A stretch of DNA of 64,000 nucleotides from Octopus sinensis (lineage: Eukaryota): positions 73,780,001 through 73,844,000 of the forward strand of contig NC_043007.1 of NCBI RefSeq assembly GCF_006345805.1, written 5' to 3'. This document shows, piece after piece, positions 1-12,374 of the stretch (its first letter is position 1; every line of letters starts with the position of its first letter). The notes below the pieces were generated by a model. The model did not search any database. It was not told where the DNA came from and saw only the letters and a list, made by a program, of their open reading frames with translations. Both the position numbers and the translations under genes were made by a program.

Positions 1-50
1 AAATAATTCTATAATTTTATACACACGCTTTCCGAACGTAAACATGACAA

Positions 51-190
51 TGACATCGACCCTAGTATTTAACTGGTACTTATTTTATCAACCCTCGAGA
101 AAAGAAAAAACAAAGTCGATCTGGCGGAGTTTGAATTCAGAACGTAAAGACGGACGAAATGCTAACGGCTCTAGCAGCTCGCCACCTTTC
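51..190 (-). mobile_element. SINE family A fragment (tRNA-derived)
   Basis: Reverse-strand match to the near-intact copy at 20461-20693 (AACTGGTACTTATTTTATC...AAAGTCGATCTGGCGGAGTTTGAATTCAGAACG). Confidence 0.8.
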
Positions 191-525
191 TATGTTTAAT
201 AATAAGTCATTACTGGTCTTCAAGAGGTTTCTGAATTACAAATAAAAAAGATATTTTTTCGGCGTGTTTTTCACTGAAACCACATATTTCCATCTCCCAG
301 TTATAAAGAAGATGGAAGCATAAACAAACTGAGGTGTGTCATTGACATCTGCGTTGTTGTAGGTGGTGGAAATTAGATCTGATAAACGCGATATATAGCA
401 TTGGAATGAGAATAATGTTACAGAGATACAAATCACAACTGACTTTGACAGTTTCATCTTGTTGACTTAGTAGACCGCTTATCATTCTTGTTAGTCTCCA
501 GCAGATTTATGACAAATTGTGTTCG

Positions 526-885
526 AGTGGCTGTGTGGTAAGTAGCTTGCTAACCAACCACACGGTTGCGGGTTCAGTCCCACTGCGTGGCATCTTGGGC
601 AAGTGTCTTCTGCTATAGCCCCGGGCCGACCAATGCCTTGTGAGTGGATTTGGTAGACGGAAACTGAAAGAAGCCTGTCGTATATATGTATATATATGTA
701 TATGTGTGTGTGTTTGTGTGTCTGTGTTTGTCCCCCTAGCATTGCTTGACAACCGATGCTGGTGTGTTTACGTCCCCGTCACTTAGCGGTTCGGCAAAAA
801 GAGACCGATAGAATAAGTACTAAAAGGTGGTGCTCCAGCATGGCCGCAGTCAAATGACTGAAACAAGTAAAAGAGTAAAAGAGTA
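526..885 (+). mobile_element. SINE family B (tRNA head, CORE-like motif, internal TA/TG microsatellite)
   Basis: GAGTGGCTGTGTGGTAAG head, B-box GGGTTCAGTCCC, CTTGGGCAAGTG CORE-like motif, tail CCAGCATGGCCGCAGTCAAATGACTGAAACAAGTAAAAGAG; about 9 related copies in the window. Confidence 0.9.
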
Positions 886-1112
886 TGTGGTTGTTCCATG
901 TATGTTTTTTTACATAGTTTTGCTTTCCTCGCCATGTCTTCTACTTGTGGTGTAAATGTATTACATGCATCTTCCAATACCTTCCCCTTCTGTGTGTATA
1001 GTTTGTTTACGATGTTGAATGTGATGTTTGGTTGTATTTCATACTCTCTGGTGTTGCCAGTAAGAAAGGAGACAATGGATTTAATATGTGCTACTTATAA
1101 GTCGATTGTTGT

Positions 1113-1340
1113 GCGAGCTGGCAGAAACGTTAACACGCCGGGCGAAATGCGTAGCTGTATTTCGTCTGCCGTTACGTTCTGGGTTCAAATTCCGCCGAGG
1201 TTGACTTTGCCTTTCATCCTTTCGGGGTCGATAAATTAAGTACCAGTAACGCACCGGGGTCGATGTAATCGACTTAATACCTTTGCCTGTCCTTGTTTGT
1301 CCCCTCTGTGTTTAGCCCCTTGGGGGCAGTAAAGAAATAT
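1113..1340 (+). mobile_element. SINE family A
   Basis: GAGCTGGCAGAAACG head, B-box GGTTCAAATTCC, central GCCTTTCATCCTTTCGGGGTCGATAAATTAAGTACCAG, tail GTAAAGAAATA. Confidence 0.9.
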
Positions 1341-2989
1341 GTTGTGGATCCAGATTTCTCGAGGATTTAAGTAAAGTGCAGTACTGCCAGGAGAATGGTG
1401 GGGTGGGTGTAAGTATGATGTAATCTGAACATAAGTTTGTCTACGAATTTCGTAGAAATGTGAGAAGTTGGTTTCGATATAACTTAAAAGAAAGTAACAT
1501 GATGGATCCCTGATGTACATCACTTATGACATCGAAGGCTCTGTACACTACATAAGTTCTGCAGTTAGTTTTCTACCCAGCGTTTTATGTTGTTGATTTA
1601 AGGTAGTGTTGAATATTTGCTTATGAGAAATGGAGTGAAAAGGTTTACTGTTTGGATCGAGTAATGGATTTCGAAACGAAGTGGGCTTTCGTCTCTATCT
1701 TGACGGCCAGTTAGAGCTTTTGACTAAAGATGCGAGTTGCTGCAAAAGGTTGAGAACAGCAGTTGAAGTATAGGAGGCGGTAGGCAGTTGCATGAAGCTT
1801 AAATCGCCCTGTCTGGGTTGTCTGTCCTATAAGTTTCACATATTCATACTATATTTGTTTGGCGACTTTTGGTAGATGTCTACTGAAACTGGCAGCAAAA
1901 CAGGAAAATTCCTAGTTCTGTGAGCTGGTGAGTGGTAACGTTGGTGAGAAAGAATGCCAGCGAGTGAGGTGAGGTCGTAAATAACTTTCAGCCCATAACT
2001 TCACTGAAGACAGTTTAAGATTTTAACCACAGAGTTAACGATGAGGTCAGCGCATGTCGGTGTTCTTATCAGAGAAAAGCAAATATGCAGATTCTGAAAA
2101 GTTTCATCCACGACAACCTCCACTCCATGTGATAGGTTATAAGATATGAAGAGTTGGAAAGAAAACTGTTGGTTTTAGAGAAACTTTCGATATACTATGA
2201 ATTTAATCCACCCCTAACCCCGCAAAAAAAAAAAATCAGAGAAATGAGATTATATGAATGTTCAAAGGAGTTTATCTTAATTTTTGCTAAGGAAAATACT
2301 TTTACTTTCAAGGGACTTTAAAGAATGTTTTCTAGCTTCTTGTTATTTTTTCTTGTATTTCTGCAGATTATTTTGTCCGACAAATTTTATTCTTCGTTTT
2401 CGTTTTACTTTTCTGCAAATTTAAGCAACATTCCAGAGCTTAACGACAGTGTGTTTTCCTGGACAAAAAGTGAGTTTCGTTAATTCATTTTATAAACACA
2501 AAGGATAAACAAATGTTTAAACAAAACCGAAGAGTTGAATCAACAAAAGAAAGAATGAAACGATACAGTCAAAAGATGAGAGAAGAAGAGGCCAAAAGAG
2601 ATAGTTTAAGACAAAATCAACGGATAGAACGAACCAACAGGATTGAGTACGGGTATGTAGGTTGCTTATTCAATGAAGGAGAAAATCAATAGATACGAAG
2701 AGGAAAAATGGACAGTAAACTGCGAAGCCAGAGAAGTTCTGTAAAATATCATGAACGAAGATGAGTGAGTAGAATATCAGAAAGAACTTGGAGGAAGGAA
2801 TCGAGTATAACGAATAAAAAGAATGAACGAAGAACTGTTGTTTAATTTGAGAAATGTTCAACCAAAAAGACAGAATCGTAGACGGCTTGGCTCGTCTAAT
2901 ACACGACACTTAGAATGAACAAATTACAGTATCGGAGAAATTTGTAAATCCCGTCCCCCCCCTCCCAGAGATGCTTCGCGCGTCAGAAA

Positions 2990-3340
2990 GAAGCTTCTAA
3001 AATGTCACAATGGTAAAGTGTCACTTCTTCCTCTTCATTCTCAACCAGATGAGCTGAGATCACTCTTTGTTGCAAATAAGGAAAATATCCGAATCATAAT
3101 TGTGCAGTTTCATATGTTTCACTTAGTGCAAAACTGCAACATTTGAAGTAAGAATTGTCTTCGACTTCAAGGACAAGTATTCCATTCTAGTTCTTTTCTG
3201 CACACGGAAAATAATTACTAGCATATAACAAACTTTACATTAGTGACGTAAATGAAACTTTACAATATCAAATAGCAGCTCCTCAAAGTTCAGGATATCT
3301 ACATCATGTGATGAACACAACATCAAAAATTACGAATTTT
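2990..3340 (+). pseudogene. Degenerate Helitron RepHel N-terminal fragment
   Basis: Manual translation across frameshifts gives CHNGKVSL..., ENIR, NCAVSYVSL, FRLQGQVFH and LYISD, resembling the RepHel CCxxGKV / NIRxYN / FRIxGQIYH / QLYIxD motifs. Confidence 0.6.
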
Positions 3341-3666
3341 CAAAATCCCGTGAGCTAGAAGACTTAAAAACCAAGAATTTTGTTAATATTGTAAGACACA
3401 TGTAACGAACAGACACATGTAGCGAACAGACACATGTAGCAAATAGACACTATATTCACAATCTGAAGTCGAAACTGTGATCTGAATGCTCCAGCATGTT
3501 AGTCTCCATCGTTCTCTGGATTTGCATTCGGAATTTATGAGTGTGACCAGTCAAATTCCTTACAGTCTTTAGTAAATATTTAGTTCAACCCAGATAGCTC
3601 ACCAAATTTCTGTTGTCATATTGACCCTGTTTAGAATGTCCCTTCTTTCCTCAGCGCTGTCAGAGT

Positions 3667-3701
<35 letters not shown>

Positions 3702-4159
3702 TCTCTCTCTCTTGCTCTCGCTCGCTCTTTACACAGTGGCTATCACAGAAGTAGCAAGCTTCTCTTTCTCTCTATACTCGACAACTTTCTCTCTCTCTCT
3801 CTCTTTCCCGTCAACTAACTACCTAGGCTAACTAAATTGTCAGCAATGGCATCACGCAAGTCTTATTGCTACCTGTCGCCTTTCACATTAGCAAGGTAAA
3901 CATTTCTACGTTCTCTAACAAATGTTTGTAATCTAATTCTCTACCCCATTGAAGTTCATTAAACTTGATAGCGGTTAGATGGAAGTTATGCTGTATATGA
4001 ACTATTTCTTTTGTCAATTTACTTCAAGAATCAAGAAATTACGAGCATGCAAGCCTTCCTTCAAATGATGCCTTCCCACTTTGCCTTACCCAGCCATCAT
4101 CGAAGTCCAACCTTATAACTGTCATATCAGTAACCAAATACGCCATTACATTTGATACC

Positions 4160-4391
4160 TATTTCTTTACTACCCACAAGGGGCTAAAAACAGAGGGGAC
4201 AAACAAGGACAGACAAAGGGATTAAGTCGATTATATCGACTCCAGTGCGTAACTGGTACTTATTTAATCGACCCCGAAAGGATGAAAGGCGAAGTCGACC
4301 TCGGCGGAATTTAAACTCAGAATGTAGCGGCAGACGAAATACCGCTAAGAATTTCGCCCGGCATGCTAATGTTTCTGCCAGCTCGCCGCCT
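4160..4391 (-). mobile_element. SINE family A, full length
   Basis: Reverse complement of the family A consensus from tail (TATTTCTTTACTACCCACAAGGGG) to head (CAGCTCGCCGCC). Confidence 0.9.
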
Positions 4392-4734
4392 CTGGATTTG
4401 ATACCACCACAATGACGCAACCGTTCACTACACTTAGAAAAAATGCAGTTCCGTGTAAATATGAATAGCATTTCGGACGAGGCCCTGATCAGGCGGGGAA
4501 ATTTTTCCTCCAGGTAATGAAATCACCGTTGTGTTTATTAGTGAAAACAAACTCTTTCCAGAAAATAACTGATACAAGAAACGTACAGCAACAAGCATCA
4601 CGCCATTTTGACACAAATGTGTTACACTCTTTTATTTTTTAAACGATGAATTTGGTTGGTACAACATGACTATGCAGCATGCTGATGAACGACAAACCTG
4701 TGTTCGAAATAAAGTGGCATTTGTAGTGAATCTT

Positions 4735-5480
4735 GCATGCATGAAGTGGATTCGATCCACCATAGCCAAATTTAAATTAACACTGCTACAGAACTTTTCC
4801 CACGATGGAACAATGGTTTTTCTCTGACAGCAGTTTTACATTTTCCAGATGCCTTTAGCTAGGCCGAAATAATGTCTTCACCACTTGACCCTTTCTAAGC
4901 TCTTCTACTTCACCAAAAGCTAGACTAGAAATAACAAGACCACCAACTAAATCTATTGTTTTCAATGGTATATCTATCCTTCTGGATCTTTATATCAGCA
5001 AGCACACCCCAAGCAAAAATCAGTTCGTCACAATCGTGACGACTCAACAAGTTAGTCACTTGGCGACAACTGAACGAGGCAGCTCGTGACGACTCAATTA
5101 GTTAGGGAACGGACTGCTAGAATCATGATCACAAGGAATACCTCTACTAAATATAATGGTCAGCGAGAGAAATGAAAATTACTGTCAGCAACTGTGAGAC
5201 AACACCCTACAATTCTCTCTAGCTCCAATTCTGTTCTCTTACAACATCATTCTATCTCTCTCTGTATTTACTACTAAACAATGAAGAGGACACAAACACA
5301 AACTTTACTTTGCATGCTTTTGGATTTATCATAACCTGGCCGTCGAGGCAAGGTATTTGTAAGTAACGGTGAATAAATATTTCCTTAAAACTTCATGCAT
5401 TGTTCACCATTCACATCTTACAACATGCCGTTATAAGAAAACATTTTTATCGTCACACCAGCTGACTCCAACATATCATA
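4735..5480. repeat. Unclassified dispersed repeat, copy 1 (second copy at 21697-22370)
   Basis: About 700 bp colinear similarity, from TGCATGAAGTGGATTCGATCCACC to GTCACACCAGCTGA, in the same orientation at both sites. Confidence 0.85.
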
Positions 5481-5687
5481 ATAAAATTGTTTACAAACAA
5501 ATTTCTGCTGTTACACATTCACCGATCAATTCAACTTTTTAAACAATATTTAGTCGAAATATTCGTGGTGGTCGAAGGGTGTTGTTCAGTATTTGGATCT
5601 TTTCTACAGAATAGAAAAGATCCCAGTATTTAAGTAAACAACCTAACTCAACTGGGAGTTCACAGCGAGAGAAGACTTTAATATATT

Positions 5688-5752
5688 GTTACATATATTT
5701 AATATATTGAATTTAATATATTGAATTTAATATATTGAATTTAATATATTGT
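5688..5752. repeat. 14-bp minisatellite (TAATATATTGAATT)n, about 4 units
   Basis: Direct tandem copies are visible. Confidence 0.8.
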
Positions 5753-6367
5753 TACAAGCTCTGTAAAATTTTCTAATCCATAATTTTTTCTTTTCACAAT
5801 CTCAAGTTGTTATGTAGCTTATAATAAAAGTCTTTAGCGTACTGAAAGAGTTTTATGAAAGTATACTATTACGTTTCCAGTTCAAATCACACCGAGGTCA
5901 ACTTTTCTTTTAATATCTCTAGGGTCAATAAAATAAGGTGCCTCCTCCTCCTCCTTCTTCTTCTTCTTCTTCTTCTTCTTCTTCTTCTAGCAGATGCAGG
6001 TGGTCGTGGAAGGTAGGAAACCCAGATGTTATATCGAAGTTGATCACCTAGAAACCTTCTGCCCCACTGTGCAGAAGTCGAGAGAGGCGCCTCACTCAGC
6101 ACCGCTGTTTCCAACGCCAAATCCGTTGCAATTTTTAAGAGGAAAGCAGCGGTCACTACAGCGACAAACACAGGACCAGATAGAGTGAAAAGCAACTTAC
6201 TCCTGGGCTATAAAAGAAACATAAACAATCGATTGGGTAATGGTTGGGCGATCACCAAAAGGAAAAAGCGGAGGAGCCGGTGAAAACACTGATGCAATCC
6301 TTAAATCCCAAAAGTTTGTCGGAACCAAGCTGATTGACCTTGAAAACCGTGTGCCTAATCTATAATC

Positions 6368-6568
6368 GGCACTGTCATGCTTTTGGGTGTCAGAAGTGAA
6401 AGTAGAGAAATCTGACGTCAGACGTCAACTTCGTGTATTTACGTCGTCTTTCGTTTATTTACGCCGTTTATTTACGTACCACTGAAATGCAAGTAAAAGC
6501 TTGTATGTATGTATGTATGTATATATATATATACATTTTTTTCTGACACCCAAAAGCATGACAGTGCC
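6368..6568. mobile_element. 201-bp MITE-like element with perfect 28-bp terminal inverted repeats
   Basis: GGCACTGTCATGCTTTTGGGTGTCAGAA at 6368-6395 and its exact reverse complement at 6541-6568; no TSD found. Confidence 0.65.
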
Positions 6569-6940
6569 TCCACATCTAAGGAGTGAAACCGCCCAAGTGT
6601 TGGTAGCTTCAATCTTATTCCGTCCGTTTAATTTCGACTTAAGAATCAGTTTCAGTCTGTGCAAGTACTTCACCTTAACTATTTCTGTCATTTCTTTCTC
6701 CATCAATTTATCCATTTCTAAAATCCCCAAATACTTATAGCCCGTCTCTTCTATCTGCTTCATAACTTCCCCCGACGGTCTCGTTAGCCCGTCCATACTC
6801 TTCAAGTCTAACACATGAGACTTTCTCAGTCCGAACTCCATTCTGATATCAGCACTGAAAGTATATACCGTATAAAAGAGGGAACTGACCTGGGCTTCAC
6901 CTTTACCAAAAAGTTTGAGGTCAACCATGAATAACAAACG
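6569..6940 (-). mobile_element. R4/Dong-like non-LTR retrotransposon RT fragment
   Basis: ORF 6455-6937: FMVDLKLF (YxDD-equivalent), DIRMEFG, YKYLGILE, LKLILKSKLNGRNKIEATNTWAV. Confidence 0.85.
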
Positions 6941-7011
6941 GTTGACTTTTTGTTAGCGGCTTTTGAATACATACCCAGCTTTTGCTTTCCTCAGAATCAG
7001 TATTAGTGGTA

Positions 7012-7066
7012 TATCCTCCTCCTCCTCCTCCTCCTTCTTCTTCTTCTTCTTCTTCTTCTTCTTCTT

Positions 7067-7097
<31 letters not shown>

Positions 7098-7370
7098 TTC
7101 TTCCTCTTCCTCTTCCTCTTCTTCTCCTTCCTCTTCTTCTCCTTCCTCTTCCTCTTCTTCTCCTTCCTCTTCTTCTTCTCCTTCCTCTTCTTCTTCTTCT
7201 TCTTCTTCTTCTTCTCTTCTTCTTCTTCTTCTTCTTCTTCTTCTTCTCTTCTTCTCCTTCTTCTTCTTCTTCTTCTTCCTCCTCCTCCTCTTCTTCTTCT
7301 TCTTCTTCTTCGTCTTCTTCTTCTTCTTCTTCTTCTTCTTCTTCTTCTTCTTCTTCTCTTCTTCTTCTTT
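7012..7370. repeat. (TCC/TTC)n trinucleotide tract at the 3' end of the adjacent LINE
   Basis: Pure pyrimidine trinucleotide array; explains the poly-S/F/E/R/K ORFs. Confidence 0.95.
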
Positions 7371-7404
7371 GATGAAAACTCTCAGCTTGCCTACAACCAC
7401 TAGA

Positions 7405-8560
7405 ATAAGGTGATACTTGTTTACTGATCATGCTTCAAGAACCCTTGCAGCCCCAAGCAATGCCGATTTTTTTAGGTTTTCTACCTTTACATCTGTTGGT
7501 AGTTGAGTGCTGATACTTCCAAGGGCGCCAGTCACTATTGGCATCACGTCCAAACCCTTACTTACCCATAATCTACGTATTTCCCACTTCAATTCATCAT
7601 AGTTGTTCACTACTTTCTTCTTTCTCTTCAATCCTGTTGTCACCAGAACATGCTATGTCGATTATCCGATATGTGTTTTTGCTTTTCTGTTCACCCCAGC
7701 AATGTCAAGTTTCGGATGTCTAATCTGGTGGTCACACTGAATCATTGCATCCTGTACGATTTTGTAGTCTTCATTCTCGGTAACTCCCTCTGGAATCAGG
7801 CCATACCACGTCTTTTAACTTTCTTGGCTATAATTTCCACAGTTCCCTATATATCATTCTTGTCACATTGTCATGTCTTCTGTATTTGCCTTGTGCCAAT
7901 TTCGGGCACGAACAAACACTATGCCATCTGTTTCACCCCTCTCACCACACATTCTGCATTTGTCACCCTCAGCTGAGTTATCAGTTCTGCACTTCACATA
8001 GTTTGTCCTCAATACTTGTTCTTGTGCCACGCACTTAGGTGTTTCTATTTCTATCTTCAGGTCACTCTTCTGCATTCATAATCACCGGCCTTCTGAATCT
8101 GTCCTGGACCTTGTATCGGTTGCAAACTGACCATACCTCGTTTTTCCTTCCATGCCATTTCTTTTTTGTCTTATTTTCCTCTTTAAATTTCTCTTAACAC
8201 AATTATCAATTTTGATCATGCCGGACTTCTTCACATGTATAAGCAACGTTCCACAGCATTTTTTTCATACCATCCGAAGCTGTTTCCCCCTGCTTCAACA
8301 CAATCTTGACAACTAATCAAACCTCTCTCACCCTTTCTTCTGGATAAATATAACCTATAGATATCATTCTTGGGATGGAATGCTCCGTGCACTGTCAATA
8401 GTTTCCGTGTCTTCGTATCCATTCTCATCAGTTCATCCTTTCGCCAGTTTACGATTTCAGTTCCATACCGAAGTGATGCTGTCACCCATATATTGATATT
8501 CACTGCTTGGATTGGATTCCATTCGGTCAATTTTGAGCGTAACACCAGTCTTAGTCCGGG
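7405..8560 (-). mobile_element. R4/Dong-like LINE 3' part (thumb, CCHC knuckle, RLE endonuclease), pseudogenised
   Basis: WRKDELMRMDTKTRK...FHPKNDIYRLYLSRRKGERGL; KSDLKIE...QEQVLRTNYVK...CRMCGERGET; YDELKWEIRRLW...PIVTGALG...KSALLGAARVL. Confidence 0.9.
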
Positions 8561-8873
8561 TATGCTGAGCTCGTTAGCTTTGAATAGCAATCAGCCTAGT
8601 AAAAGGACCACTCTGACTTCAAAACCAGGAAAGCAGGGCCTCTTCCACCTTGCTGGGCAACCTTGCTAGAGATGGTGTCTCGATAAAAACCGAAAATGTG
8701 AAATATGAGTGAAAATGTGAGGCAAAATTGCTAATGATAAAAGCGTGAACGGAATGGAGCCAATGGTGAAGGTGCCGTACCCGACAGATGCTCCACTGTG
8801 CAGCAGGGTGGACCGGTCGTAATCCAGCCACAGCTAGCAATGTTGTAAGGCAAAAGTGGAGTAAACAAGTAAA

Positions 8874-8875
<2 letters not shown>

Positions 8876-8944
<69 letters not shown>

Positions 8945-9950
8945 GTTTGACTTTTGCTTTGTATTTGTACAAGTTGACTCCAAGTCTCACCCAGAGATCT
9001 CAAGAGACAAGTTAGAAGTTCCTGTTGGTGTTATGCCTAGGGTATCATATATTTGGTTTTGCTATGATAAACCCTTCTGTTTCTGATTTTAAGCCAGAAG
9101 ACATTAACCATTGATGGGTAAGGGCTTTATCAACACCGGCGCTATTAGCTCCCTTTGGGTATTTGCTATTCAGATGCTTTTCTTGCCATTTATCAGTAAG
9201 AATATCTAAGGCAGCAGTTTTAGCACGGGTTTTCATGCGCTTAACCTTTTCTGTGCTTGTTTCCAGTACATTCAATTCTGGAATTTGTTGCATTTGGAAT
9301 TCACTTAGATATTCCTTTGCCTGTTTTGTGACTGAATATAATGCTTTCTTGTTTTCATGCTTTGAGACAAGTTTTAACATCCAGTCATCAGAGTTTTTCA
9401 GGTATGTGTTTAGGCCAACTGTGGCAATCTTCATTGTTAATTCCAGTTGTAGAAGTCCACGCCACCCTCTTTTCTTGGCAGGTAAAGTCGTTCTGTATCT
9501 GCCTTAGGGTGGTGCATTTTATGCATTGTCAACAATTTTCGTATTTTTTTGTCAAGATTACATATTTCAGCGATTGACCACTTAATGATATTGAAACTGT
9601 AAGTTACGACCGGTATGGTTAAAGTATTGATCGCTTCGATCCTGTTTCTTGCACTCAGCTCTGTCTTGAGTATTGCCCTTACCCTGCGATGATATTCTCT
9701 TCTGATCCTTTCCCTTATCACTGAATATTTGATTTCATCAGCTTCAAATACTCCTAGGTATTTGTAGCTCTCTGCTGGATCTAACACCTTTATGACATTC
9801 TGCTGGTCAAGATTAACGTTGGAAATTTCTGTCATTTTCCCTTTGATAAAGGTAACTTTTGCACATTTATCGCGGCCAAATTGCATCCTGATGTCATCAC
9901 TGAATTGTTTAGCAATCGCTTGTAAGCCCCATAGTTGTTGATCATTTTAA
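8876..9950 (-). mobile_element. Second R4/Dong-like LINE family, 5'-truncated and internally deleted, with (AAT)n tail
   Basis: MQFGRDKC...YKYLGV...RAILKTELSARNRIEAINT...HHPKADTERLYLPRKEGG; KWQEKHL...SGLKSETEGFIIA, then directly the 3' UTR and (AAT)n at 8876-8941. Confidence 0.9.
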
Positions 9951-10015
9951 TTAACAATCGCAAATTATTATTATTATCATGATCATCATCGTCGACGTCG
10001 TCGTCGTCGTCGTCG

Positions 10016-10046
<31 letters not shown>

Positions 10047-10063
10047 TATTATTATTATTATTA

Positions 10064-10106
<43 letters not shown>

Positions 10107-10108
<2 letters not shown>

Positions 10109-10270
10109 GGTGGTGAGCAGGCAGTCTGGTTAGCATCCCGGACTAAACGCTTACTGACATTTACGTTCTGAGCTCAAGTGCCGCTGCGGTCGACTTTGTT
10201 TTTCATCCTTTCAGAGTAGATAAAATAAGTAGCAGTTTAGCACTGAAGTCGATGTGATCGACTTCCGAAA
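10107..10270 (+). mobile_element. Diverged SINE family A
   Basis: GGTGGTGAGCAGGCAG head; GTCGACTTTGTTTTTCATCCTTTCAGAGTAGATAAAATAAGTAGCAG central domain. Confidence 0.7.
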
Positions 10271-12357
10271 CTTCAGACCTGGTGTCTATAGTAGACACAC
10301 AGACACACACACACACAGACAAACTGCCGTTTATATATAGAGAGATATTGACAATATGCACATTAAATACAGGTCTATACATGTTTCCTTTCTTGTTTTG
10401 TTTTTATATATTTTTATCCTTGATTCTCATTCAATTAATGATAATCCTCAACTGATCATTGGTAAATAAATGTTGTTATGTTATAATATAACACTACTTA
10501 AGCACTGATTATATTGAAGAACAGTATACAATAGAAAGGGAAATACAATAACAATTCTCTAGAGTTTCCTTATTTCATTAACGAAACTGAGATAAATATG
10601 TTTACTATATTTCATTTTGTTTGCATGGAAATCCCTCCCGAGAAGGTTGTAAGCAAAACAATTGTTGCAGCTAAAAGAATGCAGCTTAAAATATTGATGA
10701 TACTAATTATATACCTATTGATAATAATAATTATATACCTACCTACTTACATGTATAATATATATGAATGTTTTTCTCTTTCTCTTTTTAATTTAGAGTA
10801 AATATCGACCGGCTACCTGCTTTGTGGCAAGGTTGTGAAGCAAAGCATCTTGTTTTGTTCATAATCTTTTAAATCCTAAGGTCCTGCGGATTTTTATAGT
10901 CCACATATCTTATAATTTGTAGTATATAAAGTAAGGATTTGCACTCTCTTCCCAAGATCCCAGCTTCAGCCATATCTTGCTCCCTGTATATGTATGTACC
11001 TGTGTGTGTGTGTGTGTGTGTGTGTGTTTGGTTATTACCGGCAAACCAGAATTCAGACTCTACAATGACCTTGATTAGACTGAAATAATTGGTAGATATA
11101 CGCTGGCATTGTTTGGCAGATTGATTCTCTGAACAGATCTTGCAATCAACAAGACAATATTTGTGATCCATAGAACTCGTTCTTTGAATCAGAATTGGGC
11201 GTCAAATTTTTCAGTGCATTTTCAAACACATTCCAAGTGTTCTTTCAGCCATGATCAAGGGCTTCATTAATTGCTGTAGTTATTCTTGCTGCTGTTATAA
11301 ACCGCCTGCAGTTTTCCCTTGGAAGCATTTGTCGAGATTATCATGTCAGCATTAGGTTCAGCACAAGAAATCCATTTGAAAAGTCAAAATCGTGGTAGTC
11401 AATAGTTCTCTACTCTCGTATGTATTCGTGAATTTTGATCATCAGTCAAGTCAAATAAAGTCGTTACGATATAAATTAATTGTTCTATCTCGGCCTTTAT
11501 TTTGTCACATGTACAAGACCACCGTGTTATACTTTGAGATTTAAATATCTGTGAGATTAACTCTCCGCCGGCTTTGATGCCCACAAAAGTACATCTCGCT
11601 TGAGACTGAATAGTTTCTAACGTGTTGCAGAGTGGTTCGACGTTTGTCCTTGTATCTTGGAAAGAAAGATTTTACGATGCTTATAACATTGAAGACGAGT
11701 GGTAGAGACAAGTTTTGTTGCCAAGCTCCTTGTTCCCAAGTACATCCTTTTCCCCTCTAATCCATGGAGGAAATTTCCTTCAGTACATGACATCGCACGG
11801 AATCAAGCCAATCCTTGATTTTCCTTCAATGATGAATCTGAAGCATACTTCAGTTTAATTCTGCCAACGTTTGACGTGTAGTGACCCCTGGCGGTCAAGC
11901 AGGAAAGCAAAATGAAAAAGGGATCTAACGAGAGTGATCTCCCTCGACCTTCTTGAAAATTCTCGAACATTCTAGAAGCTTCCAATTAACTTCCAGATGA
12001 CGTGGAAGTCAGAGACTTCCGGTTCATCCCTTATGTAAAGGAACACATTTCTAATTTCGCGCCACTAGATTTCGGTTCCTAGACATGCATTGAGTCACGC
12101 TACTCGCATACACACCCGCACGCGTGGATGTTCACCTTATTTGCTTTGAGACATGTGGTTGCAAAATATGTTCATGTAATGTTCCTTCAATTAACCTCAT
12201 AAGTTAACGCATTACATCCAGTAATAAATATGATATGACTTATTACTTACGTCTTATAAATTCTCATTTTCTTGTTTACGTACAAAATGGTGACCCCTCT
12301 TTCTTGCGTGCAATTATAAAAATTATAGGATGTCTCTTACTGACGATCACTATAAAA

Positions 12358-12374
12358 TGGTAACCCCGACGTCA
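12358..12374 (+). promoter_or_regulatory. Primer-binding site complementary to the tRNA-Trp 3' end
   Basis: TGGTAACCCCGACGTCA, 3 nt after the LTR end; the tRNA-Trp PBS consensus is TGGTGACCCCGACGTGA. Confidence 0.75.

Noticed and set aside
236-457. 73-aa ORF with a hydrophobic N-terminus as a secreted peptide
   Set aside because: No recognisable motif, no convincing splice sites or promoter, and it adjoins a probable LINE relic.
6963-7431. Poly-S/F/E/K/R ORFs
   Set aside because: Translations of the (TCC/TTC)n tract.
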